This document shows positions 50,363-63,256 of a stretch of DNA of 64,000 bases, one piece after another (position 1 is the first letter of the stretch; every line of letters starts with the position of its first letter). The stretch is taken from assembly GCF_009914755.1 (NCBI RefSeq), contig NC_060946.1. One strand, written 5' to 3'. Source of the DNA: the human T2T-CHM13v2.0 reference genome, Homo sapiens. The translations under genes and the position numbers were made by a program. The notes beneath the pieces are model-generated. The model was not told where the DNA came from. It saw only the letters and a program-made list of their open reading frames with translations, and did not search any database.

Positions 50363-50704
50363 GGGAGGAAATGGCCACCCGGGTCAGCCAAGTCAGATGG
50401 GAGCGGGATGGGGAGGAGCCCAGTGGGCCTGGGGCCTGCAGCCACCCCCACAGCAGCACACCCAGGGCAGGGTGCATGGGGACCCCAGGCCCTCAGGAGA
50501 GAGCTGGACCTGAGTCCATAGCGGGCACGGGAACCAAACCAACCGGGCTGCTGGACAGGTGCCTTCCAGCCCCGCTGACCAGCCCTGTGGCCAAACGGAC
50601 GTCAAAGCAAGAGTGCCGCGCATCCCCCAGGAGCCAGAGTGGGAGGCTGGCACAGCCTCCTCGGGCAGGTGTGGGCAGGTGGCCCCGACCTCTACAAGGT
50701 CATG

Positions 50705-52430
50705 CATTTTTTTTTTTTAGTCTAATTAAAGATTGGTCAATTTTGTTTATCTTTTCAAAAAACTAACCTTTTGTTTTGTTGATTCTTTGTATTGTTTTCT
50801 AGTCTCTATTTTGTTTAGTTCTATTCTGATCTTTATTATTTCCTTCCTTCTATTAATTTGGGGTTTGGCTCATTCTTGCTTTTCAGTTTCTTCGAGGTGC
50901 ACTGTTAGGTTGTTTACTTGAAGTCTTTCTATCTTTATATATGTAAAGTGTATCTCTTTATCTATCTATCTATGTAGATAGATAGATAGATACAAAGAGA
51001 CAGGGACTTGCTCTGTCACACAGGCTGGAGTGCAGCGGTACAATCGTGGCTACCTGCAGCCTCGACCTCCTGGGCTCAGGTGCTCCTCCCCACTTAGCCT
51101 CCCAAATAGCCAGGACCACAGACACACACCACCACACCCAGCTAATTTTTGTATTTTTAATATAGATGGAGTTTCATTATGTTGGCCAGGCTGGTCTTGA
51201 ACTCCTGACCTCGTGATCCACCCACCTCGGCCTCCCAAACTGCTGGGATTACAGGCATGAGCCACCGTGCCCGGCCCTGACTGTGTCTTTTCCAATAGCC
51301 TGTCTTTGAGCTCATTGATTCCTTCCTCTGCTTGACCCATTCTGCTGTTAAGAGCCTCTATCAATTTTCCAGTTCAGCAGATGTTTTTCTCACTTCCAAT
51401 ATTTCTGTTTGATTTTTTAATTTCAATATCTTTGTTAAAATTCTCTGATAAGTTTCTGAATTGATTTTCTGGGTTATCTTGGAGATCGCTGAGTTTCCCT
51501 ACAACTGCTATTTTGGATTCTTGATCAGAGGCTCACATGTGGCCATCTCATTAGTCACTGGTTCCTTGCTTTGTCCCTTTGAGTGGTTCACAGTTCCCCG
51601 TTTGCTTGTTTCTTGTGAATGCACATCTGCGTCTTTGCATTGAAGGATTAGTTATTTATTCCAGTCTTCTCTGTCTGGCTTGTTTTGGTTTTTACTGGGT
51701 ATGTTTGCTTAGAGACTCTTTGCCATGTACCTGTTGAATTTTTTTTCTGCTAGGTTGCTGCCTCCTTCTTCGGCACTAGAGGGCAACATAAGTCCAGGTT
51801 TTCCTCAGCTCCAATAAAGGATCAGAGTGGGGCTTCCCGTCCCAAATGGGGAAGGTCCCACAGGGGATAGCCCGGCAGTGTGGGAAGACTGGCTGGCGGT
51901 CCATGCCCAGGGAACCTATGGACTGTGCCTCCTACCATGTAGCTGAACAGCCTGACTTGGTGCCTCCTTTGGCTGCATTACAGGGCAGTTTTTAGAGCTG
52001 GAGATGCTAGTCCCACCTCTTCCCTTTGTCTCTGGCTGGCCTCAGGGATATTTCTCCTTTAAGCATTCTGAATGCTTCCCTTGGGTTGAAGCAGAACAAG
52101 TCTCCTGCCAGGGAGCCCAAGATACTGGGAAGCTGGTAGTCCACCTTGATCTCATTTTTCCAGTGCAGAAGCCATGAGTCAGGGGAGATTTGCCCACACT
52201 TGGTGCAGGTAGACTGGGGGAAGGGACATCATAGATATAGAATTCCAGTTCTCTTACTGCTTGCTCAGAGTTTATTCACTTCTCTGTGGCCCTGGGGACT
52301 GTCTCATCCTCGTATTTGAGTTCTGGGATGTTGCTGGAGATAATCTTGGTGCTGAATATTTGTTTTGGATTTTCTGTGGCAAAGAGTGAAGCCAGCTTGC
52401 TTCTATGCTGCCATCTTGGAACTAGCCATC
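50705..52430 (-). mobile_element. Old L1 with a chimeric Alu (50995-51276) and (GATA)n
   Basis: Antisense L1-like text on both sides of the Alu. Confidence 0.7.
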
Positions 52431-53413
52431 TCCTCAATTCTTTTTTCATTTGCTTTTAATTATAGGTGATAATAACAAGTGAACTCCATAAACCAGCAGG
52501 CGCCACGTGTGGGTGCATTTGCCACATATTGATCCTCCAAGGTGGGGGTTGGCTAACCCACCCTGGGCTCTACTCCCCACCCCCCACCTGGCTCGCCCGT
52601 GGGGGCGCCATGGGAGGCCGGTTGCTGAGCCCCAGAACCTGGCTGTCCTCACCTGTAGGACAGGATGGGGTGGGGAGTCAGAGGAGGCAGGGAGGAAGTA
52701 GAGGGTCTTGGTGCTTCAGACTGGGAGTCCCCACAGCTGAGCTGATGTTAAAACTCTGGGGCGAGAGATCAACAAGAGATGTGCTTCATTTGCAACGGGA
52801 GAAACTGTAATGAGATGAGGTAGAGCTGCACTAAGAGTCAGTGAGCAGACATTGTAAGTGAATGCTAATGTCATGAAATATCCACGCAGGAGGGGTCCTA
52901 GCTCCGCAGAGCCGTTGCCGGCCTGGTCAAGGGCCAAGCTCACGTGCAGGCCCCCTCCAGGGAGTCCAGGCTTCTTACTGCGTCGCTGAGTCTGGCTGCC
53001 CCAGCCCCAGGGCTCCCAGAAGCCCCCACTCACACAGTGGAGTACGCACCCCACCATGCCCCCTGGAGGGGGGACTTTGGCTAGGTCCCGAGAGTGGGGG
53101 GGCAGGGGGACCTCTGGGCACTTCACTTTGGACACTCATTATACTGAAATATGCATAGAATTTGGCCGTAATCTTCTGCTTTCCATGAGAACAATGTGAT
53201 TTTTGTAAACTAGCAGAGGCCTTCTCTCCTACTTGTGGTGTGGGGGTCATTTTTGGGATCCTCCAGCCTTTGCACATTGCTCCCAGCCCCCACTCCCCGG
53301 CATCCACAGGCCCTCGAAGCTCACAGAGATGGAACAGCTGTGCTGCCCGGCGCCTGGCCTTCGGCCCAGCCAAGCCTTGCTGCCCTGAAGTGAGCCCAGC
53401 AGAGGGAACAGGA

Positions 53414-53558
53414 TGACAGCCTCCAGCTCTGGCCACAGACACCGCCTGACCGGCTGTCATCTCCAGGTGGACAGGAAGACACTCTGACAGCCTCCAGCTC
53501 CGGCCACAGACACCGCCTGACCGGCTCTCATCTCCAGGTAGACAGGAAGACACTCTGA
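53414..53558. repeat. 71-bp tandem duplication
   Basis: tgacagcctccagctc at 53414 and 53485. Confidence 0.92.
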
Positions 53559-55529
53559 GTCCCTCTCAGAGCCATCCCTCAGAAGGGGGAGCACTGGGGG
53601 AGGGGGGAGGAGGCCCCTGAGGGCCACCGTGGTACTCCACCGACCTCCCTTCCTCCAGATGCTCACAGGACTCAGTGCCACGGCCCAGCCTGGGGGTGAG
53701 CGCTCGGCCATCAGGTGGGGCCCCTCACCCCTCGCTCCTCCCCAGCAACTTCTTCAGTGCAGTGGGCACCCAGAGGACAGGGCCTGTGAGGCCAGGGGTC
53801 ACTGTCCACAAGACCGCAGGGCTGGACCGAGGCTCTGTGGGGATGGAGATGGTGATGGCGCACAGAGGAGGCTCAGAGGTAGCACTGACCGGGCATGGGG
53901 ACAGGCCGGGGGGTCAGGGACGAGACCCGAGGGGACCCCCACCCTGAGAGAGCCTCAGGGGAGGGGCGCATCTGTAGGAAGGGGCTGCAGGGCCTCCCAC
54001 CCCCTGTGCTCGCAGTCCAAGCACAACCTGGGTGCTCAGAGCCTGGGCCCAAAGGATTTGGAGCCCGAGTGGGTCTCTAGGGGATGGAGTGAGCAACACA
54101 GATTTGGGCTGGACCTCCTGGGGGTCTGACTGAGGGTCTTCACTCCCTACCTGCTGCCCCTGGTTCCTGCCACCCCCATGTGGCCCAAGGCAGGGCCCAC
54201 CCACAGCGAAGGGGACCTGGGGCTCAGCTCCTCACTGCATTCTCCCTGCAGCCCCTGTCCTCTCCCCGTGTGACTAAGGGGCTCTCCCCACCTGGCTGAA
54301 CCCCCAGCTCCCTAAGCCTCACGTTTCTGCCCTCCCTTTCTTGCCCGCACTGCCAGACACATGACTGTTTCCTCCTCCCCTGAAGTCAGGCAGGAATAAC
54401 CTCCCCAAACCAGAGGGACTCCCCGGCCGGTGACAGAACCGGCCAGGGACAGGAGTGGTCCGGGGGCCAGCCCAGGGCTCGGCGGCAGCTTGGCAGGGGC
54501 TTGAGACCCGGAAAAATGGACTCCGACACTATCCAGGAGGACCCCCCAAAAATGTCCACAGCATTACACACTGACGGACACTTTGGAATCATCCCAGCCT
54601 CTCCGAGCAGCCCGTCCTCCTGCATACAAGGCCCACCACAGCCTCAGAAATGGGAAAGACAGATCGGCTTTCCCAAACTGCTCACGCCCCAAGCTAGGAA
54701 GGAGCAGCTCAACTTTGAGCCAATTTCACAAGCAAACAGTGCTGGTTTTAGGGAAGGACGAGCCGGACTCCATGCAACAACCCTGCACAGCTGGGTGGGC
54801 AGCTGCACCCAGGAGGAGTGGGTGCAGGGGACGAGGCCAGCTGGACACACCTGAGCGGGAAGCTAGGATCCCACGCTGGATACGGAGCCCCCTGCCTGAA
54901 CCCCCTGCCTGAACCCCACCAGCCAGTCATCGTGTAGACTCCAGACCCCCCACCAGCCAGTCAACCCAGGGAGGTGAGCATGACTCAGTGGGCGCCCCCA
55001 CAGTGGGTGGGCTTCGCTAGGGCACAGCCTGGAACCGAGGGAAATTGGATTGCTCTGCACTCTATTTTGAAGACCTTTTCACATCGGCGTACTAAGTTCC
55101 TCCTCATTCTTTTTAACCCAACTGCCACAGGTTTTTCAGCCAAGACAGGGCGGAGTGGTGTCAGTCAGAACAGGAGGCCACACTGTGAACTTGGTTCCCA
55201 AACATGAAACCCTGGCGGCTTCCTGCCCTGAGTGCTCTGGGTCTCAGCTGCCGACGCCGAGGCGCTCCTCCGGGGGCTGGGAGGGCCCGGGGTCCTAGCA
55301 AGGTAGGGAGGCTGCGGGGAAGTCAGTGGGGTGCGGGTGGTGTGGACACCTCCCCATCCCCAGCCGGCTCCGGTCCCGGTGGCCTTGGGCCAGAACGGAT
55401 CTGCTCATGAGGTGGGCACCAGCCCCGTGGGCTCAGGGAGATGTCAAAGGCTCTGGTTTTGGGGGAAAAGGTAGGGAACCTCTTGCTCCCTCCTGGTTCT
55501 GAAAAGCCAAGACGCACCAACTCCCCGAA

Positions 55530-56110
55530 CCAACACGCCCACCCTCCCCACGCTCAAGCCGAGCGCACCGCCCTGGAGTAAGGAGGACCGCGGCGAGGGC
55601 GCGCCCTGGGAGACAGAACCCTGGAGAGCGCACGACCTGGACGGCGGGCGAGGCCAGGATCCGCGTCTGAGCCGCTGGGAACCCATGAGCCCCGTCCATG
55701 GAGTTGAGGAAGGGGGTTCGCCCCACGGGGTGGGCGCCCTCTACACAGCGCGCTTCCTCTTCTCTCGTTAGCGCCGCGGGACCAGCCTCTGGTTCTGCAC
55801 CTCGCGCTCTGGGAGCAGCGCCCGGCTTTGGCGAGCGCTTCCCCGGGGCTGCCCAGCCTCTGCTCCGCTCGCCCCGCCAGGCCCGGCTCCGCGAAGCCCC
55901 CAGGGTCCAGTCCAAGGCCCCGATTCCCCAAGGCCAGGGCCCCGGGGCAGCATTGGAACAGGGCGCGGACGCCAGTCCTCCGAGCATGGAGTAACTGCAG
56001 CTTTTGAGAAAAGAAAGCGGACCCCACCCCATCGAGAACGCGGCGCCTTGTTTAGGGACGTTCCTGGGCCGTCACGGAGTGTCGCCGGCTCCTCGGCCCC
56101 TCCCTCCTCC
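55530..56110. promoter_or_regulatory. CpG island about 1.5 kb beyond the BRD1 poly(A) site
   Basis: Dense CpG/GCGC in unique sequence. Confidence 0.7.
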
Positions 56111-56554
56111 AAGCCCCCACCCCCGACAGCGGCCTCCCTGGGGACCTCCCCTCGGGCTGCGCTTTCAGCCCAAACACAGGGAGGTCTTCCAGGAGCCTGC
56201 CCAGTCCCCACAGCAGCCCAGAGACCCCCACTCCCACCTGTACCTGCCAAGCCTTCAGAGAGGGCGGCCTGGACATGCCCCGCACGGGAGGAGCCCCGCC
56301 TCAGCACCCCTGCAAGTGGCAGCAACCCAGAACACCCGTGAGAGGCCTCTGAGCAGCCCAGGAAGTGGCTGGAAGACGCATAGGCAGCTCACTCCTCTGT
56401 AAGAGCAAGGACCGGAGAACACATGCTGACCCCTGCTTTTGCAGAGGGGCGATGCTTCAGGACAGGCGCGCTCAGCAGGTGTCCATCTTATTTCACACCT
56501 TTGTGTTTATATCATCTTATTTTGCATTTTATGTCTAATTAACAATATGCAGCT

Positions 56555-56840
56555 GGCCAGGCGCAGTGGCTCAAGCCTCTAATCCCAGCACTTTGGGAGG
56601 CCGAGGCAGGTGTATCACTTGAGGGCAGGAGTTCGGGACCGGCCTGGGCAACATAGCAAAACCCCATTGCTAATAAAAATACAAAAATTAGCCAGCCATG
56701 GTGGCGGGCACCTGCAGTCCCAGCTACTCCGGAAGCTGAAGCAGGAGAATCACTTGAACCCAGGAGGCGGAGGTGGCAGTGAGCTATCAAGCCATTACAC
56801 TCCAGCCTGGGCAACAGAGAAAGACTGTCTCAAAAAAAAA
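56555..56840 (+). mobile_element. Alu (J/S)
   Basis: Full dimer; aata[t/c]gcag flanking duplication. Confidence 0.88.
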
Positions 56841-57574
56841 TTAATACGCAGCAGAATATTATGTGGTCAGCCCAAGCAGTCCCCCCCACTCAGCCCTCTG
56901 TCCCTACAGCTCCAGGCACTCCCCCAGCCCCTCCCCTGGACAAGAGGTAATGCCCAGAGGGTGAAAATCCACCAAGGTTAAGCCAGAAACAAAAAGCTCA
57001 AAGCTTCGGCATCTCCCTCCGCTCAGACCCTTAGAGCAGATTCCTCTCATCGACAGCACGATCAGGCTGTGGGTGGCAGAGAAGGGGTGCAAACTGCACC
57101 CGCCATTAGCTGGGCTTCTCGGTGGTAGCCCTGAGTGCTCCACGGCCTGTCCCCACCTGGCTCCTGCACCCGCTTCCTTTCTGCGTGGGCTTCCTTTCTG
57201 CGTGGGCGGTGAGTGATCCTGGGGGCCACCAGCTGCTCGTGGTGGGGAGGGGCCTGCCGGGCGGGGCTGGCTGTGGGAAGGAGAGCCACGACAGATAGGA
57301 AGCACCTGCCAGATGCAGGACAGCAACTATCTAAGGAAGACTTGATTTCCAAGTTTCTATGGAGATGTTACAAACGGTGTAGGCTTAAAAAAAGCATTTA
57401 AAACTTTTATGTAACTGAAGTTTTAAAATAAAAATATGATCAGGTGAAATAACAAATAATGCCATCCCATGACAGTTTTCAAGATAAAGGCGTGTCCCCG
57501 CCCCCTGCAGCCAGCACCCCACCCGTCCTTGGGGCTCACCTAGCCGTCTAGGGCTGTAGGAATAAAATGGCCAC

Positions 57575-58528
57575 ACCGTCCAAATCTTGACTTTATTTTT
57601 AATATAAAAAATGCAAATTTGGAAACCCACCCTACTTTCCCCAACATAATGCTTTACCTCTTAAAAATAAAAATAAAGTACTAATTCTATATACATCACA
57701 GGTACCATACAAAAATGTATCCAAAGTTTCTATTGCTACCAAAGTGTTCTAAATTAAAACAAGTTACAGAAAGCCCCTCATTGTAAACAAAAGATTACAA
57801 GTTATAAAATCAAAGTACACACAGGCCAGAGTCATTTATACAATGCAATGCATTCTGCTCCCAAGCCAAGTTGAATTTTTATGTGCCTGTATAAAAATGC
57901 ATATCAATATACCTTTGCAAATGTATTTTTCATTATAAAGCAAATGAATACACTTTCTACAATAAATAATCCGCTGGGAGGCACACCTGCGGGGTTTGAG
58001 GTGGGCGGGACGACGGGAGCGGGGACACACCCACCGGCGGTCACGGGCAGCGGAGTGTTTTTGGTGATCTGCAAGTGATGTACACAGCATAACTTTATTC
58101 TCCCCTCTTTCCACAAAGTACCATTCAAAATAATGTCATTTTCTTTCTTAAAATACACATTTGTCATTGTAAATTTACATCCCGTCTTATTAAATAAGTG
58201 GTACTCTGTGTAAAGAGCATGATTTACAAAATTATTAAACATTCAAAAGTCTTTAAGAAAAAGCTACATATCAAAGAAAGTGACGCCAGCAGCACGGCCT
58301 GGGGACGTGCGACAGACGCACTGGGCTGCCCGGACGTGCCCACCCCACTCACAGCGCCCAGACGGAGATGGGTTCCTAGAAAACTTGGAAATAAAACCTC
58401 CCCCCTCCCCGGGGAAAAAGAATTAAAGAGCTATAACTAAAAATCAGAATAAGTTAAGTTTTGAACAATATACAAACATGTACAGCTTATCAACACTATG
58501 GACAAGACCCGCGCTGGCGGCCGGGCCG
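57575..58528 (-). other. BRD1: BRD1 3' UTR (about 950 nt, AU-rich)
   Basis: AU-rich sequence after the stop codon, ending near AATAAA (plus-strand tttatt 57592-57597). Exact cleavage site inferred. Confidence 0.8.
57592..57597 (-). terminator. BRD1 distal poly(A) signal AATAAA
   Basis: Canonical hexamer at the end of the AU-rich UTR with UGUA motifs upstream. Confidence 0.75.
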
Positions 58529-58712
58529 TCAGTCAATGTCACTGAGGTCGCTGGTCGGCTCCCCGTGGACGCGGCTCAGGTGGTTCATGGCGCGGTCAAA
58601 AGCGATCCGCACGGCCTTCCGGATGCTGGAATTCCTCCCTTCCATCATCTTTAACTTGTCTATAGTTTCGTCAATACCAAGGGGAACCATTTTGGACTTA
58701 GGAAGCCACTGC
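58529..58712 (-). CDS. BRD1: BRD1 terminal exon, coding part (WQWLPKSKMVPLGIDETIDKLKMMEGRNSSIRKAVRIAFDRAMNHLSRVHGEPTSDLSDID*)
   Basis: Acceptor ttccttttaaaaag|G; TGA at 58529-58531; matches recalled BRD1 C-terminus. Confidence 0.95.
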
Positions 58713-59886
58713 CTTTTTAAAAGGAAAAACAAGCGGAAAATCATTGCTTGCACATGGTATTTCAGCAGGCTCCATGTAATCATCTAACAAATTCACTGCC
58801 CTCCGATAGAAAGGGGCCCTGCTCAGCACCACCAAGACAGCTGGGCCCCGTGCAGGGACAGGCCCGAGGCCAGGAGTGCACCCCTCCCTTCCCCTCCCCG
58901 ACTTGGGGATACGGGGAGCTAAGTAAGGCATAAAAACCATCACCTCCTCCTCCACCTCCAAAACGTTTCCCAGTGCCTGCTTAGTGACAAGACATGCACA
59001 CACCAAGCCCAGAGTCAGGGTGGGCCCTGGAGCAGAGGCCGGTGGTTGGGGAGACCCCATCAAAGGGGCCCTCGGATGGACAAGGTGTGGGCCTCGCTCA
59101 AGGCCTGACAAGAAGCAGTGGCCACGTGGCCAAAGAGGCAGAGGTCGAGGCAAGGAAGAGAAAGACGGTAGGGATGCCTGTGCTGCCAGTCCTGCTCCAG
59201 GCACACCATAGGCAGGTGGCCCCGAGCCCCTGCGCCAGGTCCCAAGTGCAGCCAGCTCCACGGGGAACCAGGAAGCACCTGCCCGGGCCACGTGCGCAGG
59301 GCACAGCCGGGGCCACAGCTCCTCCCAGAGGCATGTGCTGCCAGCGTGTCCTGCACAGAGGGATCTTGGGGTCTAAACCCTGGCACATGAGGGTCCCAGA
59401 CGCTCTGGGGAAAAGCAGCTCAGGGCACAGGGGGAGCCTCCTGTGATGGGGTGGATGTCTGAGCAGAGCTGGATGATGCTGGGACAGAAGGCTCTAAGAA
59501 CAGGGCCAGAGGCCAGGCCCGGGCAGGGGCCATGTCCTGCAGTACAGGGGTCCGGGAGCACAGCAGAGGGACCCCCAACACTGGAGCGGACACATGGGTA
59601 AGGAGTAGGGAAGAGACAGTCCAGACCAATGGGGCTCAGGCGAGAGGGAGAGGAAGCCATCGGGCAGAGACAGACCCGGTGCTCAGTGCCCGTCCCACAG
59701 TCCCGGCGAGGGGGCTGGGCAGTGCCCTTCTCCACCAGGCAAACAGCGGAGCACTCACCTCCGACTTTAGCTGTGCCAGGGCCCAGCAGACAAAGACGCT
59801 GCTCACCACAGGGACACTCAGGTCACCGAGCCCACGGCCCCCAACCACCCCAGCCGGTCCCCGGAGTCTAAGGCCTCTCAACTCAC

Positions 59887-60041
59887 CAACTTCTCTTATT
59901 ATCAAAAAAGAGAACGAGGAACAGCTTCTCATCAGACTTGGTCTGCATGTGCTCCCCAATCTTCAGCACGTCCAGGGGTGGGGCCGGGATGGTGACGCCG
60001 TTGTGGTGGCCAGGCACACGGGGCATCTTGGGGTCGATGAT
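59887..60041 (-). CDS. BRD1: BRD1 penultimate coding exon ([52 protein letters not shown])
   Basis: Acceptor ctcgtgcag|ATC and donor TG|gtgagt; 155 nt; contains the [15 protein letters not shown] core. Confidence 0.95.
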
Positions 60042-60109
60042 CTGCACGAGAAGGACCCGCTGAGGTCATTGTGAGGCTCACACCCATAAACAACCCCACC
60101 TGTCACTGG

Positions 60110-60325
60110 CACCCCCCCCCGCCTCCCCACCCCAGCTGTGTGAGCCTCCTCAGACCACCCCCACGCCCCCCTCGCCGAACCACCCCTGCCCCTTCCAGCT
60201 GTGTGAACCTCCTCTGACCAACCCCGCCCCCCCGCCAGCTGTGGAACCTCCTTGGACCACCGCCGTGAGCCTCCTCGGACCACCCCCGCCCCGCAGCTGT
60301 GTGAGCCTCCTCTGGACCCGCAGGC
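60110..60325. repeat. Degenerate intronic tandem repeat (cagctgtgtgagcctcctc...accacccc), about 4 copies
   Basis: Recurring core within the 304-nt BRD1 intron 60042-60345. Confidence 0.8.
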
Positions 60326-60345
60326 GCCACGAGAGCCGTACTCAC

Positions 60346-60455
60346 CAGTGCCGGGTAGGAGGGGTAGCCGCTGCACTTGGCCCACACCACCTTCAGAGGC
60401 TCCAGCACCGAGGCGGCGGCATCAGTGGAGATCCACATGCTGCTCTGGCCGACTT
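60346..60455 (-). CDS. BRD1: BRD1 coding exon, start of PWWP domain (EVGQSSMWISTDAAASVLEPLKVVWAKCSGYPSYPAL)
   Basis: Acceptor ctctccgcag|AA and donor CTG|gtgagt; 110 nt; VWAKCSGYPSYPA is the BRPF-family PWWP motif. Confidence 0.95.
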
Positions 60456-61329
60456 CTGCGGAGAGGGGCGTCAGCAGGACACAGGCGTCAGCAGGACACG
60501 GGGCACGCCCCGCCCCCCCACAAAAGGTGCAGCAACAGGGTGGGTCCCCCGAGCACAGCCCAGCTCCCAGGCCTTTCTCAGCCACCCCGGCAGCACCACT
60601 GCCTCCCCTGTGGGGTCCAGGCCCTTGCATCCCCACTGTCCCTGCAGCCCACCTGGGGCCACCAGCCTCCCACGGACCCAGGGAAGCTCCTGCCCTCCAG
60701 GCTACAAGGCTCCAACTCCAGGTGCCCAGCACAGTCCCTTCTGAGCCCTCCTTGCCGCAAGGACGGGGCTCCCAGCATGCTCCTGCCTCATTTACACAAC
60801 TGACACCCCAAATGGGAAACCAAAGTCCTGGCTCCCCCTCCGCCAGACCAGCTCCCTGCTGTCCCTCCCACCTGGGGGATCTCCGTCCTGATGCCCCCTC
60901 ACAGCATGGCTGCCTTCCACAGTGAGGGCTGTGCGACCCCAAACCCTGGGGCCTCCCCCTCCCCCAGGGGCCTGAAGTTGAGGGCACCCACCCTGCAGTC
61001 AGTCCCCTGTGCAGCTGCAAATGACCACTGAACCTAAACAACCCCAGACAGCCTTGACAGTGCCTGGCAACCAGCAGCCACACAGAGCTGGACGTTCCAC
61101 AGGGAAACGAAGGCAGGATGGAGGAGGCGCCACCTCCGCAGGCACCCCGGCAGGGCCACAGCCCAGAGCCCCTCGGTGTGTGATGAACCCTTCCCCGGGA
61201 GGTTGGCCAGGGTGGGGCTCCACACAGGGCACCATGCTCCCTGAGCCGGAGTCCAGTCCCCAGCAGTCGAGCCCTAAGACGCTAACCAGGAGGTGTGGAG
61301 AGCCATGGAGGCAGGTCCGGGCGACTCAC

Positions 61330-61457
61330 CGGCTGCGATCCTGGCCGCCTTGGCGTAGTTCCCATTCTCGATGCAGGAGATCAGCTCACTGCGGTCCTCC
61401 AGCGTGTGCCGTCGCACAAGAGCCGGTTTGCCCCGCCCACATTTGGGCGCATTAAAG
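61330..61457 (-). CDS. BRD1: BRD1 coding exon (SFNAPKCGRGKPALVRRHTLEDRSELISCIENGNYAKAARIAA)
   Basis: Acceptor ctcttcctcccgaag|C and donor G|gtgagt; 128 nt; phases consistent on both sides. Confidence 0.93.
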
Positions 61458-61973
61458 CTTCGGGAGGAAGAGCAGAGGGAGTCAGGCGCCCCGCCCCTGC
61501 CTTCAGCCTCACTCGGGCTTCGTCCCGTGAGCTGTCCGCCACCAAGCTGGCCACGCATCCTGCCTGACACCCCCGCGGCCAGACGGGCCTGTGGGTGCGC
61601 AGGTCTGGAGGGAGTGAACCTGTGGCAGGGGGGACTCAGGAGGCCAAAGTGGCCTTCACAGGGCAGACAGGCAGGGCTGTGCTCATTGCCAGATTCTGGG
61701 AGGTAAAGATCAAGTGTAAAACTTCATTGCAGATTCTAAAATTGTGTTCCTATTTCACGCAGTGTTTTTCCTACTTCTGCTTGAATTCTATAAAGCAGAT
61801 TAATATGCAGCATGGGAAACTGTCCACAAGGGCAGAGCACACATGAATCCCAGGCCAGAATTTTTCAGAGAACACTAAGATGGGAGCTGGAATGTCCCGG
61901 CTTCCAGGACAGCCAGGCGGGGCGGGCGGTGCTGGGAGCTGCGTGGTGGGAAGCGCAGGGCCGCGGTGCCCAC

Positions 61974-62109
61974 CTCGAGTCGCAGAGCGGGCTGTTGCTG
62001 GAGGAGATGCTGGACTCGGAGGCACAGCGTCGTCGGGGTGTGGCCTTCCTCCCCAGGCCGCCGCCCGGCTCCTGCTCGCTCCTCGCACCCCCAAAGCCGT
62101 TGGTGAGAC
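61974..62109 (-). CDS. BRD1: BRD1 internal coding exon ((G)LTNGFGGARSEQEPGGGLGRKATPRRRCASESSISSSNSPLCDS)
   Basis: Minus-strand acceptor tgttccag|GT at 62110-62111 and donor AG|gtgggc at 61972-61973; 136 nt; phase fits the next exon (AG+C=Ser); peptide matches recalled BRD1. Confidence 0.93.
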
Positions 62110-62723
62110 CTGGAACACAGGCGGGCAGGCCCTGAGCTCAGCACAACCAGGGCACACTGAAGCATGACTCAACGACGTTACACTTGGAACACATCTTACA
62201 AAGCACGTTTCACAGACAGGTAAGACAGCATCTTCCTTTTCACTCCCAAGTTCCCGAGCATAGTCCTTACAGTAAGCAGACACCAAAGTTACTCGTTAAA
62301 TGAAATCAACTTAACAAACTGCAGTCGGCTCCGATCGTAGTAGTTTGCTGAGCACCATGAAGATGCTCCTCTTGACAAGCCCGGGTCTTTAGACAGGCTC
62401 TGTGAAGGCAAAGAAAGGATGCCGTGAGCCTGCCATGGGGGCAGATGTGCAACCTGTGAGTGCAAACACGGGGGCGGCCTGTCCACGTGGGCACCGGCCG
62501 CGTTTGAACGGAAACTTCACCAGGCCGAAGGGGCCACCAAAGACACAAAAACATGTTCACAGGAGCAGAGCTCCAGGGAATAGGAAATCAGGTTTTAAAA
62601 AGAAAAAACCTTGGTTCAAAAGACAAGTGTTAACATGAAGTCAAAAATGCTGACGAAACACTTTAAAACACAAAATCCGGGGCCATCGCCGTGTCTGAGT
62701 GTGTCTGGCCTCACTCACCATGA

Positions 62724-63256
<533 letters not shown>

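Noticed and set aside
57836-58242. ORFs of 92 and 112 aa in the BRD1 3' UTR
   Set aside because: No recognisable homology; expected by chance.
60103-61083. 326-aa ORF
   Set aside because: Only 60346-60455 is a real BRD1 exon; the rest is GC-rich intron that is open by chance.
61458-61590. Upstream extension or alternative acceptor for the BRD1 exon ending at 61330
   Set aside because: The acceptor at 61589-61590 adds 131 nt and shifts the frame; the 61457 start restores the recalled protein.
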